Of a DNA stretch of 64,000 nucleotides, positions 33,398 through 41,497 are shown in pieces. Position 1 is the stretch's first letter. Each line of letters opens with the position of its first letter. The stretch is from Vulcanimicrobiota bacterium (lineage in GTDB: Bacteria; Vulcanimicrobiota; Vulcanimicrobiia; Vulcanimicrobiales; Vulcanimicrobiaceae): contig PLRU01000034.1 of assembly GCA_003164045.1 (NCBI GenBank), positions 177,406 to 241,405 of the forward strand, read 5' to 3'. The notes under the pieces are model-generated. The model saw only the letters and a program-made list of their open reading frames with translations. It was not told where the DNA came from and made no database searches. Made by a program: the position numbers and the translations under genes.

Positions 33398-33655
33398 ATG
33401 GAAACCTCGGATACCCAACGACGGCTCGACGCCGTGTTGCGTGCCGACGCCCAAGAGGTGGCGCGGCGTACGCTTCGCCATAAATTCGGTCGCTTGAGCA
33501 ATCGGCGGATCATTGCTACCCTCCGGGCAGCACTTCCGGCCGACCTCCAGACGGAGCTTGCCGACGGCGAGCTGCTCGACCGGTGGTTCGCCGAATACGC
33601 AACCGCCGTCGACCGCCTGCGCAGCGAACAGACCTTCTCCTCACAGGCGTCCTAG
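33398..33655 (+). CDS. small hypothetical protein (85 aa)
   Basis: ATG preceded by GGAG and by the promoter above. METSDTQRRLDAVLRADAQEVARRTLRHKFGRLSNRRIIATLRAAL.. is predicted helical. No family recognised. Confidence 0.35.
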   Translation: METSDTQRRLDAVLRADAQEVARRTLRHKFGRLSNRRIIATLRAALPADLQTELADGELLDRWFAEYATAVDRLRSEQTFSSQAS

Positions 33656-33691
33656 CCCGCACCTCGCCCCCAAACCGGCCCCAGCGAGCGC

Positions 33692-34879
33692 TTAATTAAA
33701 CGCTTGAATTCCTGTTTGGGCGCGCCCGAGGATGAGACCGTGGATGTCGTGCGTGCCCTCGTAGGTATTCACGGCCTCGAGGTTCATCACGTGGCGGATC
33801 ACGTGATATTCATCCGACACGCCGTTGCCGCCGTGCATGTCGCGCGACACGCGCGCGATCGCGAGCGACTTGCCGCACGAGTTGCGCTTGAGCAGCGAGA
33901 TCATCTCCGGCTGTTCGCGCCCTGCATCCATCAGCTGACCGAGCCGAATCGCCGCGTGCAGGCCGATCGTGATCTCCGTCTGCATGTCGGCAAGCTTGAT
34001 CTGGATGAGCTGCGTTGCGGCGAGCGGCCGGCCGAACTGCGTGCGCTCGAGGGTGTATTTGCGCGCCGCGTGCCAGCAGAATTCCGCCGCGCCGAGCGCG
34101 CCGAAGATGATGCCGTAGCGGGCGCGGTTGAGGCAGCCGAACGGGCCGGCGAGACCGCGTGCGTTCGGTAAGAGGTTGGCGTCGGGCACGAACACGTTGT
34201 CCATGCTGATCATGCCGGTGCTCGACGCGCGCAAGCTGAACTTGCCCTCGATCTTCGGCGCGGTCAGCCCTTCCATACCTTTTTCGAGAATGAAGCCGCG
34301 AATTTTGCCGGCGTCGTCTTTCGCCCACACGATGAACACGTCGGCGATCGGCGAGTTGGTGATCCAGTTCTTCGCACCGCTCAGCCGGAAACCGCCATCG
34401 ACTTTCTGCGCGCGCGACGTCATGCTGCCCGGATCCGAACCGTGATCGGGTTCGGTGAGTCCGAAGCAGCCGATCAGTTCGCCCGTGGCCAGCTTCGGCA
34501 AGAAGCGTTCGCGCTGTTCGTCGTTCCCGTAGGTAAAGATGGGGAACATCACTAGGCTCGATTGCACGGAGAGCGCCGAGCGGTACCCGCTGTCAACGCG
34601 TTCGATTTCGCGCGCGATCAAGCCGTACGCGACGTAACTCGTGCCGGCGCAGCCATAACCGTGGATCGTCGAGCCGAGCAAGCCGAGCGCGCCCATCTCG
34701 TGAAAGATCGCGCGATCGAAGATCTCGTTGCGGTTGGCTTCGAGAATGCGCGGCATAAGTTTTGACTGCGCGTAGTCGTGCGCCATGTCGCGAATCATCC
34801 GCTCTTCGTCGGTGAGCAACTCGCTTGCGAGCAGCGGATCTTCCCATTGGAAGGTTTCGATCGAAGGAAGGACGGCCAC
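33692..34879 (-). CDS. gcdH: glutaryl-CoA dehydrogenase (acyl-CoA dehydrogenase family)
   Basis: ..[43 protein letters not shown].. and the C-terminal ..[21 protein letters not shown] are typical GCDH sequence. The GTG at 34879 shares one nt with the upstream TAG. Confidence 0.9.
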   Translation of the reverse strand: MAVLPSIETFQWEDPLLASELLTDEERMIRDMAHDYAQSKLMPRILEANRNEIFDRAIFHEMGALGLLGSTIHGYGCAGTSYVAYGLIAREIERVDSGYRSALSVQSSLVMFPIFTYGNDEQRERFLPKLATGELIGCFGLTEPDHGSDPGSMTSRAQKVDGGFRLSGAKNWITNSPIADVFIVWAKDDAGKIRGFILEKGMEGLTAPKIEGKFSLRASSTGMISMDNVFVPDANLLPNARGLAGPFGCLNRARYGIIFGALGAAEFCWHAARKYTLERTQFGRPLAATQLIQIKLADMQTEITIGLHAAIRLGQLMDAGREQPEMISLLKRNSCGKSLAIARVSRDMHGGNGVSDEYHVIRHVMNLEAVNTYEGTHDIHGLILGRAQTGIQAFN

Positions 34880-35430
34880 TAGAAGATCACCGTGAGGTTT
34901 TTTGCGGTTAGCACACTTTGCTCCAAGATAATTTCGCGGCGGGCGATCTTCCACGAGTCGCCGGCGCGCCGTAAGATATCGTTGCGTTTTCCAACGAACA
35001 GGTTCGTCTCGTATTCGACGCGGTTCTGATAGATCAGGAAACGGCTGCGCACGGTGAGTTCCTGCGGCGCGTCGAGCGACGGCGTCGCGTCCGTCAGCTG
35101 CACGTTACTGATCAGCCGGCAGACCCGCGAGAACGGTTCCTCCGCCCAATGGATGCCGGTCATGATCTGCTCGACGCGTTTGGAGAGCGTCCACTTGTCC
35201 TCATCGAACCAGCTGATGTCTTTGCCGATGCGTGTGTTCTCGCGCGCGGCTTGCTCGCCGAACTTCACGTTGCGCCGCAGCGGCATGAAATATGCCAAAT
35301 CGTCGGTGAGCAACGTGAGCCACTCGGTGTAGTGGCGCTCATCGAGCAACGCGGCTTCCTCGTAGAGAAACTCTTCGATCTCTTCACGCAGCCGGTAGTA
35401 CTCGAGGGTTTTTGGGAGCACGGGGGTCAA
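34879..35430 (-). CDS. ring-hydroxylating-dioxygenase beta-subunit-like (NTF2 fold) protein with no adjacent alpha subunit
   Basis: [46 protein letters not shown].. parallels the beta subunit at 23156. The start is TTG 35430 or GTG 35421. Confidence 0.7.
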   Translation of the reverse strand: MTPVLPKTLEYYRLREEIEEFLYEEAALLDERHYTEWLTLLTDDLAYFMPLRRNVKFGEQAARENTRIGKDISWFDEDKWTLSKRVEQIMTGIHWAEEPFSRVCRLISNVQLTDATPSLDAPQELTVRSRFLIYQNRVEYETNLFVGKRNDILRRAGDSWKIARREIILEQSVLTAKNLTVIF

Positions 35431-35471
35431 AGCTTGGTCCGTGGGCGCAAATAGCCCTCTCGGAGTGCCGA

Positions 35472-36218
35472 ATGAACCTCGTCGAAGACAACGTGATTCT
35501 GTTTGCCGGAGCGACCGGGCGCGTCGGCGGCGCGACCCTCGCCACGTTGGTGGCGGAAGGCGCGCGCGTGGCCGTGCTCTCGCGCGATCGTGAGCGCGCT
35601 CAGCAGGCGATCGACGCGCTTGCCGGTGCCGCGCCCGACCGCACGCTTGCGATCCAGGCGGATCTGAGCGATCCGGCATCCGCCGCGTCGGCCGTCGCCG
35701 CGTGCGTGAAGGCATTCGGGCGCATCGACGCGCTGGTAAACCTCGCCGGCAGCGGCGGCGGGCGCATTCCGCTCACCGACTCGAAGCTCGACGATCTGCG
35801 ATTTGCGCTGGCGGCGTTTGCCGAGACCGCATACAACCTGGCGATGCCTGCCTTGCGCGCGATGCTCGCGCAGCCGTATCGCGACGGCGCTCGTTCGCGC
35901 GGGCGCATCGTGACCGTCACGGCCGGTTCATCGAAAGCGCCGGCACCCGGACGCGGCGCGTTCGCCACGGCAAAAGCCGGCGTCAACGCGCTGATGCTCG
36001 CGATTGCGCGCGAGCACAAGATCGACGGCATCGTCGCCAACGCCCTCGTGCTTGGCGGCGTCGGGTTCGACGGCGCGGAGAAGTTCTATTCCAAAGAAGA
36101 CTTCGCCGCCGCCGCAACCCCGCAAGAAGTCGCCGACACGCTAACGTTTCTCGCCAGCGACCACGCAAGCGGCATCAACGGCGCCCTCGTCGACCTAAAC
36201 GCCCGCGAAATCGACTAA
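35472..36218 (+). CDS. short-chain dehydrogenase/reductase (SDR)
   Basis: NVILFAGATGRVGGATLATLVAEGARVAVLSRD is a Rossmann TGxxxGxG-type motif. ..AFATAKAGVNAL.. matches the SDR catalytic region. Confidence 0.85.
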   Translation: MNLVEDNVILFAGATGRVGGATLATLVAEGARVAVLSRDRERAQQAIDALAGAAPDRTLAIQADLSDPASAASAVAACVKAFGRIDALVNLAGSGGGRIPLTDSKLDDLRFALAAFAETAYNLAMPALRAMLAQPYRDGARSRGRIVTVTAGSSKAPAPGRGAFATAKAGVNALMLAIAREHKIDGIVANALVLGGVGFDGAEKFYSKEDFAAAATPQEVADTLTFLASDHASGINGALVDLNAREID

Positions 36219-36227
36219 CCTTCTCTG

Positions 36228-37400
36228 CTATTTGATCGCGCCGCCGCCTTTGCTTACGAGGACGAAGTCGCCGGCTGCGGGGTCCCAGCGATCCATCACG
36301 ACGGCATCGATGCCGAGGCCGCGTTGATTGCCGGTGGTGAAGTTGTAGTAGCCGTTGATGCCGGCCCAGCCGTTGAGGTGCTGGATGTAGTCGTTGAGCT
36401 GCGCGGCCGTTGCGTTCGGCCCGATTTTCTTTAACCCGTCAATGACGATCAGCGCCGGATCCCACGACAGCGTCGAGGCGAGATTGGGCTTCGCGTCGAT
36501 CGACTTGAACGCATCGAAGAACGCCTTCGCCGCGTTGCGCACCGGCGCGGGTGCGCTCGGATCGTAGACGAGCGAACGGCGGCCGGGGAAGTAGAGTTCC
36601 TTCGGCAAGAACGATGCGTATTGCGCCAGTTGCGCCTGGATCATATTACCGTTGCCGGCGGCCGTCGGAATTTCGAGGCCCACGTCGTGGATGCCGCGCA
36701 AAATCGTACCGGTCGGCGTGCCTGCCGCCCACGCGATCATCGCTTGCGGTTTGGCCACTTTAATGCGTTCGGCAAGGCCCGCGGCGCTAAGATCGGTGGG
36801 ATTGAAGTTTTCGCGATCGACCAATTCCATCGACTTGTTTTCCGGCAGCTTCAACGCCTCGTCGAGCGCCGCAGCGAATTGCTGACCGCTCGCGTCGGTG
36901 GTGGCAATCAGCGCGATCTTCGTCCAGCCGCGTTCGCGGTAGTAGCGCGTGATGGCTTGCGCATCTTCATGCGTCGACGCGGTGGCCGAGTATTGGAAAC
37001 TGCCGGCCGGCGGCGAAATCGCCGGCGAGAAGCAGTAATCGACCGGACCGGTTTTCACCAGCGGGCCGACCGAGAGACACGTCGCCGTAAACGTCGGGCC
37101 GAGAATCACCGGCACGTTTTTTGCGATCAGCGCGTTCGCCAGTTGGACGGTCACCGCACCGTTCGAGGTATCGTCGACCACGACGAACTTCACCGGCCGC
37201 CCGCCGATGCCGCCGCTCTTGTTGACGATCCCCTCGAGCAGCTGGAGCGATTGCTGCTCGGCCTTTCCGATGAAGGCGGCCGCCCCGGTCAACGCCAGAA
37301 TGACGTTGATTTCGTACGGCGCCGGCTGAGCGGCGGCGGGGCGGCTCGAGCCGAGACCCGCGAGGGCGAAAACGAGTGCCAGAACGATGAGATTGCGCAT
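36228..37400 (-). CDS. secreted LivJ-type (branched-chain amino acid/amide family) ABC substrate-binding protein
   Basis: Signal MRNLIVLALVFALAGLGSSRPAAAQ, then ..INVILALTGAAAFIGKAEQQSLQLLEGIVNKSGGIGGRPVKFVVVDD... Confidence 0.85.
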   Translation of the reverse strand: MRNLIVLALVFALAGLGSSRPAAAQPAPYEINVILALTGAAAFIGKAEQQSLQLLEGIVNKSGGIGGRPVKFVVVDDTSNGAVTVQLANALIAKNVPVILGPTFTATCLSVGPLVKTGPVDYCFSPAISPPAGSFQYSATASTHEDAQAITRYYRERGWTKIALIATTDASGQQFAAALDEALKLPENKSMELVDRENFNPTDLSAAGLAERIKVAKPQAMIAWAAGTPTGTILRGIHDVGLEIPTAAGNGNMIQAQLAQYASFLPKELYFPGRRSLVYDPSAPAPVRNAAKAFFDAFKSIDAKPNLASTLSWDPALIVIDGLKKIGPNATAAQLNDYIQHLNGWAGINGYYNFTTGNQRGLGIDAVVMDRWDPAAGDFVLVSKGGGAIK

Positions 37401-37448
37401 GGTAAAATCTTGCGGGGATGACGTGCGTCTCCCTCCGAATCACCGGAG

Positions 37449-38015
37449 GTGAAATCGATCGCCGGGTTTGTCAGCGCGATGCACGAGCTCTTCGCGCTGG
37501 AGCTGGACGACGCCGAGCGCTGGCGGCGCGTCGGCGTGCTGCTGCCGATGCTGCTCGACGATCCGGAGCTCCGCGCCAGCGCCAAGGATTGGCCGACCAC
37601 CCAATACGCCAACGCCGCGACGAACCTGCTCTTCTATGAAGATCCCGAATGCAAGTTCGTCATCAACGGCTTGGTCAAAGATCCGCATGCGGCGACGCCG
37701 ATCCACGATCACGCGCATACGTGGACGGCATACGGCGTGATCGAGGGCAGCGAGCGCGTGTTGCGTTACACGATCGCGGAGGGCGACGGCGAACGCGCCG
37801 TGCTCGCGCCCGCGGGCGAATACACCGTCGCTCCCGGCTACGTCGACGTGGTGCCGCCGCACGAGCCGCACGCGGAGATTGCGGGCGAGGGCCGGACGGT
37901 GGCCGTCATCGTGCGCAGCGAACGCGTCGGCGGCTTTCCGCAGAACATGTACGATTTGGCCAGCGGCCGCATCGAGCGGCGACCGGGACCAACGTCAATT
38001 CCCCACTCGCTCTAA
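37449..38015 (+). CDS. cupin-fold protein (cysteine-dioxygenase-type-I-like)
   Basis: ..LLFYEDPECKFVINGLVKDPHAATPIHDHAHTWTAYGVIEGSE...VVPPHEPHAE contains cupin His motifs. The start is uncertain (GTG 37449 or ATG 37479). Confidence 0.6.
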   Translation: MKSIAGFVSAMHELFALELDDAERWRRVGVLLPMLLDDPELRASAKDWPTTQYANAATNLLFYEDPECKFVINGLVKDPHAATPIHDHAHTWTAYGVIEGSERVLRYTIAEGDGERAVLAPAGEYTVAPGYVDVVPPHEPHAEIAGEGRTVAVIVRSERVGGFPQNMYDLASGRIERRPGPTSIPHSL

Positions 38016-38833
38016 GGCGGCGCGTTCCAACTCGGGCGGAAGCACGATCTTGCGTTCGTGGTCGCTGGCCTGCAGCCACGCGTACGTATCGCGCACCGTT
38101 TCGGCCAGCGGACGGAATGTGAGGCCGGCGGCGAGCGCGCGATCGATGTTCGCCTCCATGATCCCGTACTCGCCGGGCTGGAGCCAAAACGGGATGTGCT
38201 GCCACGGGATCACGCCGGCGGCTTGCAATTCCGCGCTCGGCACGACCAGCGGCGCGCCGCCTCCGCCGGTAGCATCGATGCACGTCTGCGCGAGGCCGAG
38301 CAGGCGCAGCGGACGTTCGGGTCCGGTCGCGTTGTACGTTCCCGTGGTGCCGCGCTCAGCCAGCGCGATCATCCACGCGGCCAAATCGTCAACAGGCGGC
38401 CCGGCAGAAGCGCCGCGAGCAGCGCTTCGCAAGCGGCCTTGCGCGCGCCGTAATTTTCCATGTCGCGCGCGTCCTCGACGTCGGAGCCCGTCGTGAAGCT
38501 TGCGGTCGGCGCCGATTCGTCGGTTCCCGGTTGGATCGGAAACGGATACACGCTGATCGACGAGGTGAACACGTACCGGTCGATGCGCTCGCGCAGCCCT
38601 TCGGCCGCAGCCCGCACCTGGTGCGGCGCGTACCCGCTGGTATCGATCGCCGCGTCCCAACGGCGTCCGGCCGGAAAGACCGGATCGCCGCGGTCGCCGG
38701 TCAGTTGCTCGACGCCTGGTGGCGCCTCGTGATTTCCGCGGTTGAAGGCCGTCACCGTGTGGCCGCGCGCGTGCGCGGCGTCGATCAGCGCCCGGCCGAC
38801 GAATGCGTAGCCGCCGAGCAACAGGATCTTCAC
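37995..38833 (-). pseudogene. NAD-dependent epimerase/dehydratase (extended SDR) gene with internal deletion and frameshift
   Basis: The N-terminal Rossmann part MKILLLGGYAFVGRALIDAA...ARKAACEALLAALLPGR is in one frame and stops at 38369. The C-terminal part PVDDLAAWMIALAERGTTGTYNATGPE...LERVGN is in another frame. The junction lies near 38385..38405. Confidence 0.6.
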
Positions 38834-39678
38834 GCGATGCGCTCAGCGCCCGCATAGACGTTGAAGCGCTTGCCGCGCAAGAAGCCGGCCAGCGTTACGT
38901 TGAATTCGCGGGCGAGCTCGACCGCAAGACTGCTCGGCGCAGATACCGCGCACACCACGGCAATACCGGCGGAGATCGCCTTCTGCAGCAGTTCGTAACT
39001 CGCGCGTCCGCTCAGGAGCACGATGTGTTCGTCGAGCGGCAGTTTCCCGTTCATCAGCGCCCAGCCGATGAGCTTGTCGAGCGCGTTGTGACGGCCCACG
39101 TCTTCGCGAACGGCTACCAACCCGCCGCGCGCATCGAACAACGCCGCCGCGTGTAAGCCGCCGGTCGTCGCGAACACGCGTTGCGCGGTGACGAGCCGCT
39201 CGGGAAGTCCGGAGATCAGTTCGGCCGTCACGCGCAGCGCCGATTGCACGGGAACCAGGCCACGGTCGCGCAGCGCATCGATATTCGCTTTGCCGCACAC
39301 GCCGCAAGCGCTGGTCATCGTGAAGTGCCGCTCGAGCGCATCGAGCGGCGGGAGTTCGCTGCCGTACAGATCGACGTTGACGATGTTGTAGCGCTGTGCT
39401 TCGTCAACGTCGCGGTCGACGCAGTACGTGATGCCGCTGAGCGCATCGAGGGATGCGAGCACGCCTTCGTTGTAGAGAAAGCCGGCAGCCAATTCGAAGT
39501 CCGCACCCGGCGTGCGCATCGTGATCGCGACCGTGCGCTGCTGCCCGCCCGCGCGCATGCGGATCTCGAGCGGTTCTTCGGTGGCCAGCAGATCGTAGCG
39601 CTGCTCCGCGTGCTGCCCGTCGTAGCTGACGATCGGCGCCTCGACCGTCGTGCCCGGCCGCCCGTTCTCCGAAATCAT
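38830..39678 (-). CDS. fdhD: formate dehydrogenase accessory sulfurtransferase FdhD
   Basis: ..TSACGVCGK.., ..GGLHAAALF.., ..VGRHNALDKLIGW.. are canonical FdhD motifs. The ATG at 39678 overlaps the upstream TGA (ATGA). Confidence 0.9.
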   Translation of the reverse strand: MISENGRPGTTVEAPIVSYDGQHAEQRYDLLATEEPLEIRMRAGGQQRTVAITMRTPGADFELAAGFLYNEGVLASLDALSGITYCVDRDVDEAQRYNIVNVDLYGSELPPLDALERHFTMTSACGVCGKANIDALRDRGLVPVQSALRVTAELISGLPERLVTAQRVFATTGGLHAAALFDARGGLVAVREDVGRHNALDKLIGWALMNGKLPLDEHIVLLSGRASYELLQKAISAGIAVVCAVSAPSSLAVELAREFNVTLAGFLRGKRFNVYAGAERIA

Positions 39679-40655
39679 TCCGGCTGGCGCGATGCCGCTC
39701 GCGGATCTTTGGCCGACGCTTTGCCGGCTTCGATGAACGTTTCGCGCAACACGTAGCCGCCGGCCAGCGTCAGCGCGCTGGCCAGGAGCGTTTTCGTTTT
39801 GCCGCCGAACGGCAAGAGTCCGAGCACGGCCGGCCCGAGAATTCCGGTGAACTGCGTGAAGGTGCGCAGCTTCTGCCCGCGCGCACCGGTGTACATCGGA
39901 TCGCCGATCGAGCCGGCGTGGCGACGAAACATTTCGAGCATGACGTATTCGGCGGTGGACGCGATGAACTCGAGCCGTTCGAGTTTGTGGCGCGTGCGAT
40001 CCGTACCGGTCAGGGCGAGAATCGCCGCGTTCACGGCGCAGGCGCCGGCAAATCCGGAACAGAGGGAAAGCGCCGGAATGTGACGTTTGCCGACGCCCCA
40101 GAGCGGGATCGCCGTTGCGCTGAGCAGCACGCCGGTGTACCCGGCCATGAATCCGCCGATAAGGCCCTGCAAAATATTCGTGATACTGCGCGGCGCGAGC
40201 GCGGCGATCCACTTCGGCAGAATCCCGTCACGTGACAATTGCCCCGCGGCGGCCACCGTCGATGGAATGCTGAACGTGATGAGTCCCCACACGCCCATCG
40301 ACATCACCGATTTGAACTTCGCGATGCGCAGCATGTTGAGGAACCGCTCCGGCCGGCCGAGATGCGTGATGAGCACGAGCGGACACACGGCGGCGAGCAC
40401 CATCGAAACGTAGCGCGCGCTGCGGGCAAGGTCGGCTTCGCGTTCCGGCCGATCGTCGGCGATCATCGCGAGAAGTCCCGAGCCGCCCATGATTCCACCG
40501 AGGAAGAGGTACAGGACGACTTCGCCTTCCCAATGCGGCGTTTTGAGCAGCGGCCGTTCGTAGTACGTCGTCGATCCGGGCGTGGGTAAGCCCTCGCCGC
40601 GCGATGCGCCGCGGTCCGATTCGCTGGGCTGCGGCGGAAGTTGCGCCGTGCTCAT
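39675..40655 (-). CDS. NrfD/PsrC-type integral membrane subunit of the formate dehydrogenase complex
   Basis: ..YYERPLLKTPHWEGEVVLYLFLGGIMGGSGLLAMI.. plus about 8 hydrophobic segments. The ATG at 40655 overlaps the FdnH stop (ATGA). Confidence 0.8.
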   Translation of the reverse strand: MSTAQLPPQPSESDRGASRGEGLPTPGSTTYYERPLLKTPHWEGEVVLYLFLGGIMGGSGLLAMIADDRPEREADLARSARYVSMVLAAVCPLVLITHLGRPERFLNMLRIAKFKSVMSMGVWGLITFSIPSTVAAAGQLSRDGILPKWIAALAPRSITNILQGLIGGFMAGYTGVLLSATAIPLWGVGKRHIPALSLCSGFAGACAVNAAILALTGTDRTRHKLERLEFIASTAEYVMLEMFRRHAGSIGDPMYTGARGQKLRTFTQFTGILGPAVLGLLPFGGKTKTLLASALTLAGGYVLRETFIEAGKASAKDPRAASRQPE

Positions 40656-41485
40656 TCGCGCCCTCGCAACACCGCCCACCCGGCGATGACGAGCGCCGCA
40701 GCGGTCACGGCTGCAGCGGTGTATCCGGCGGCCTGACGCGTGGACGGCAGCACCGGACGCGCCGGCAGGTTATACGCTTCCGGCACTTCGGTGAGCAAGA
40801 AGAACGCGTTGAGATCGCCGACCGACGTGTTCTCATCGACGCCGTACAGATACGCGTCCACGCCGCGCGCTTGCAGTTGCTCGACGCGCTTCTTCGCGCG
40901 GTCGTGCAATTCGTCGACGTTGCCGAATTGAATCGACTCGGTCGGACAGGCTTTCGCGCAAGCCGGCGTCATGCCGAGTTTCTGCCGATCGTAACAGAGC
41001 GTACATTTGCCCGCGACGCCGCCATGATGCTGCGTCGCATCGTCGTTGGTGCGGCCGTCCGAGACGAACCCGCGCGGCGCATCGTAGTCGGCCGGTGCGA
41101 TCAGATCGACCACGCCGAACGGACACGAGGGAACGCAGTAGCCGCAGCCGTTGCAGATTTCCGGCTGAACGAACACGTCGTCGAACTCGTTGCGAATGAT
41201 CGCGCCGGTCGGGCAGGCTTCCATGCAGCCCGCATTCGTGCAATGTTTGCACACGTCGCTCATCATGAGCCACTTCATGTCGGTCGGCAGCGCGCCCGGC
41301 GGCGCGGCCTGTTCGACAAACGCGACGTGCCGCCAGGTCGTTCCGCTCAGCGCCATCGTGTTATCGTAGGAGTTTCCGGTGAACTCGTAGCCGTCGGCCG
41401 GCAGCTGATTCCACTGTTTGCACGCGACTTCGCAGGCTTTGCAGCCGATGCAAAGCGTGGTATCGGTGAAGAAGCCGTTACCCAT
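40652..41485 (-). CDS. fdnH: formate dehydrogenase iron-sulfur (beta) subunit, FdnH-type with C-terminal TM helix
   Basis: MGNGFFTDTTLCIGCKACEVACKQWN.., CKHCTNAGCMEACP, CNGCGYCVPSCP and CTLCYDR are four Fe-S Cys clusters. The hydrophobic tail is AAAVTAAALVIAGWAVL. Confidence 0.9.
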   Translation of the reverse strand: MGNGFFTDTTLCIGCKACEVACKQWNQLPADGYEFTGNSYDNTMALSGTTWRHVAFVEQAAPPGALPTDMKWLMMSDVCKHCTNAGCMEACPTGAIIRNEFDDVFVQPEICNGCGYCVPSCPFGVVDLIAPADYDAPRGFVSDGRTNDDATQHHGGVAGKCTLCYDRQKLGMTPACAKACPTESIQFGNVDELHDRAKKRVEQLQARGVDAYLYGVDENTSVGDLNAFFLLTEVPEAYNLPARPVLPSTRQAAGYTAAAVTAAALVIAGWAVLRGRE

Positions 41486-41497
41486 ACATCATCATCC

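Noticed and set aside
37995-38855. The 286-aa ORF at 37995..38855 as one intact protein.
   Set aside because: Its N-terminal approx. 150 residues are Arg-rich out-of-frame translation of the Rossmann half. Only the C-terminal approx. 130 residues are family-like. I interpret it as the second half of a frameshifted pseudogene.
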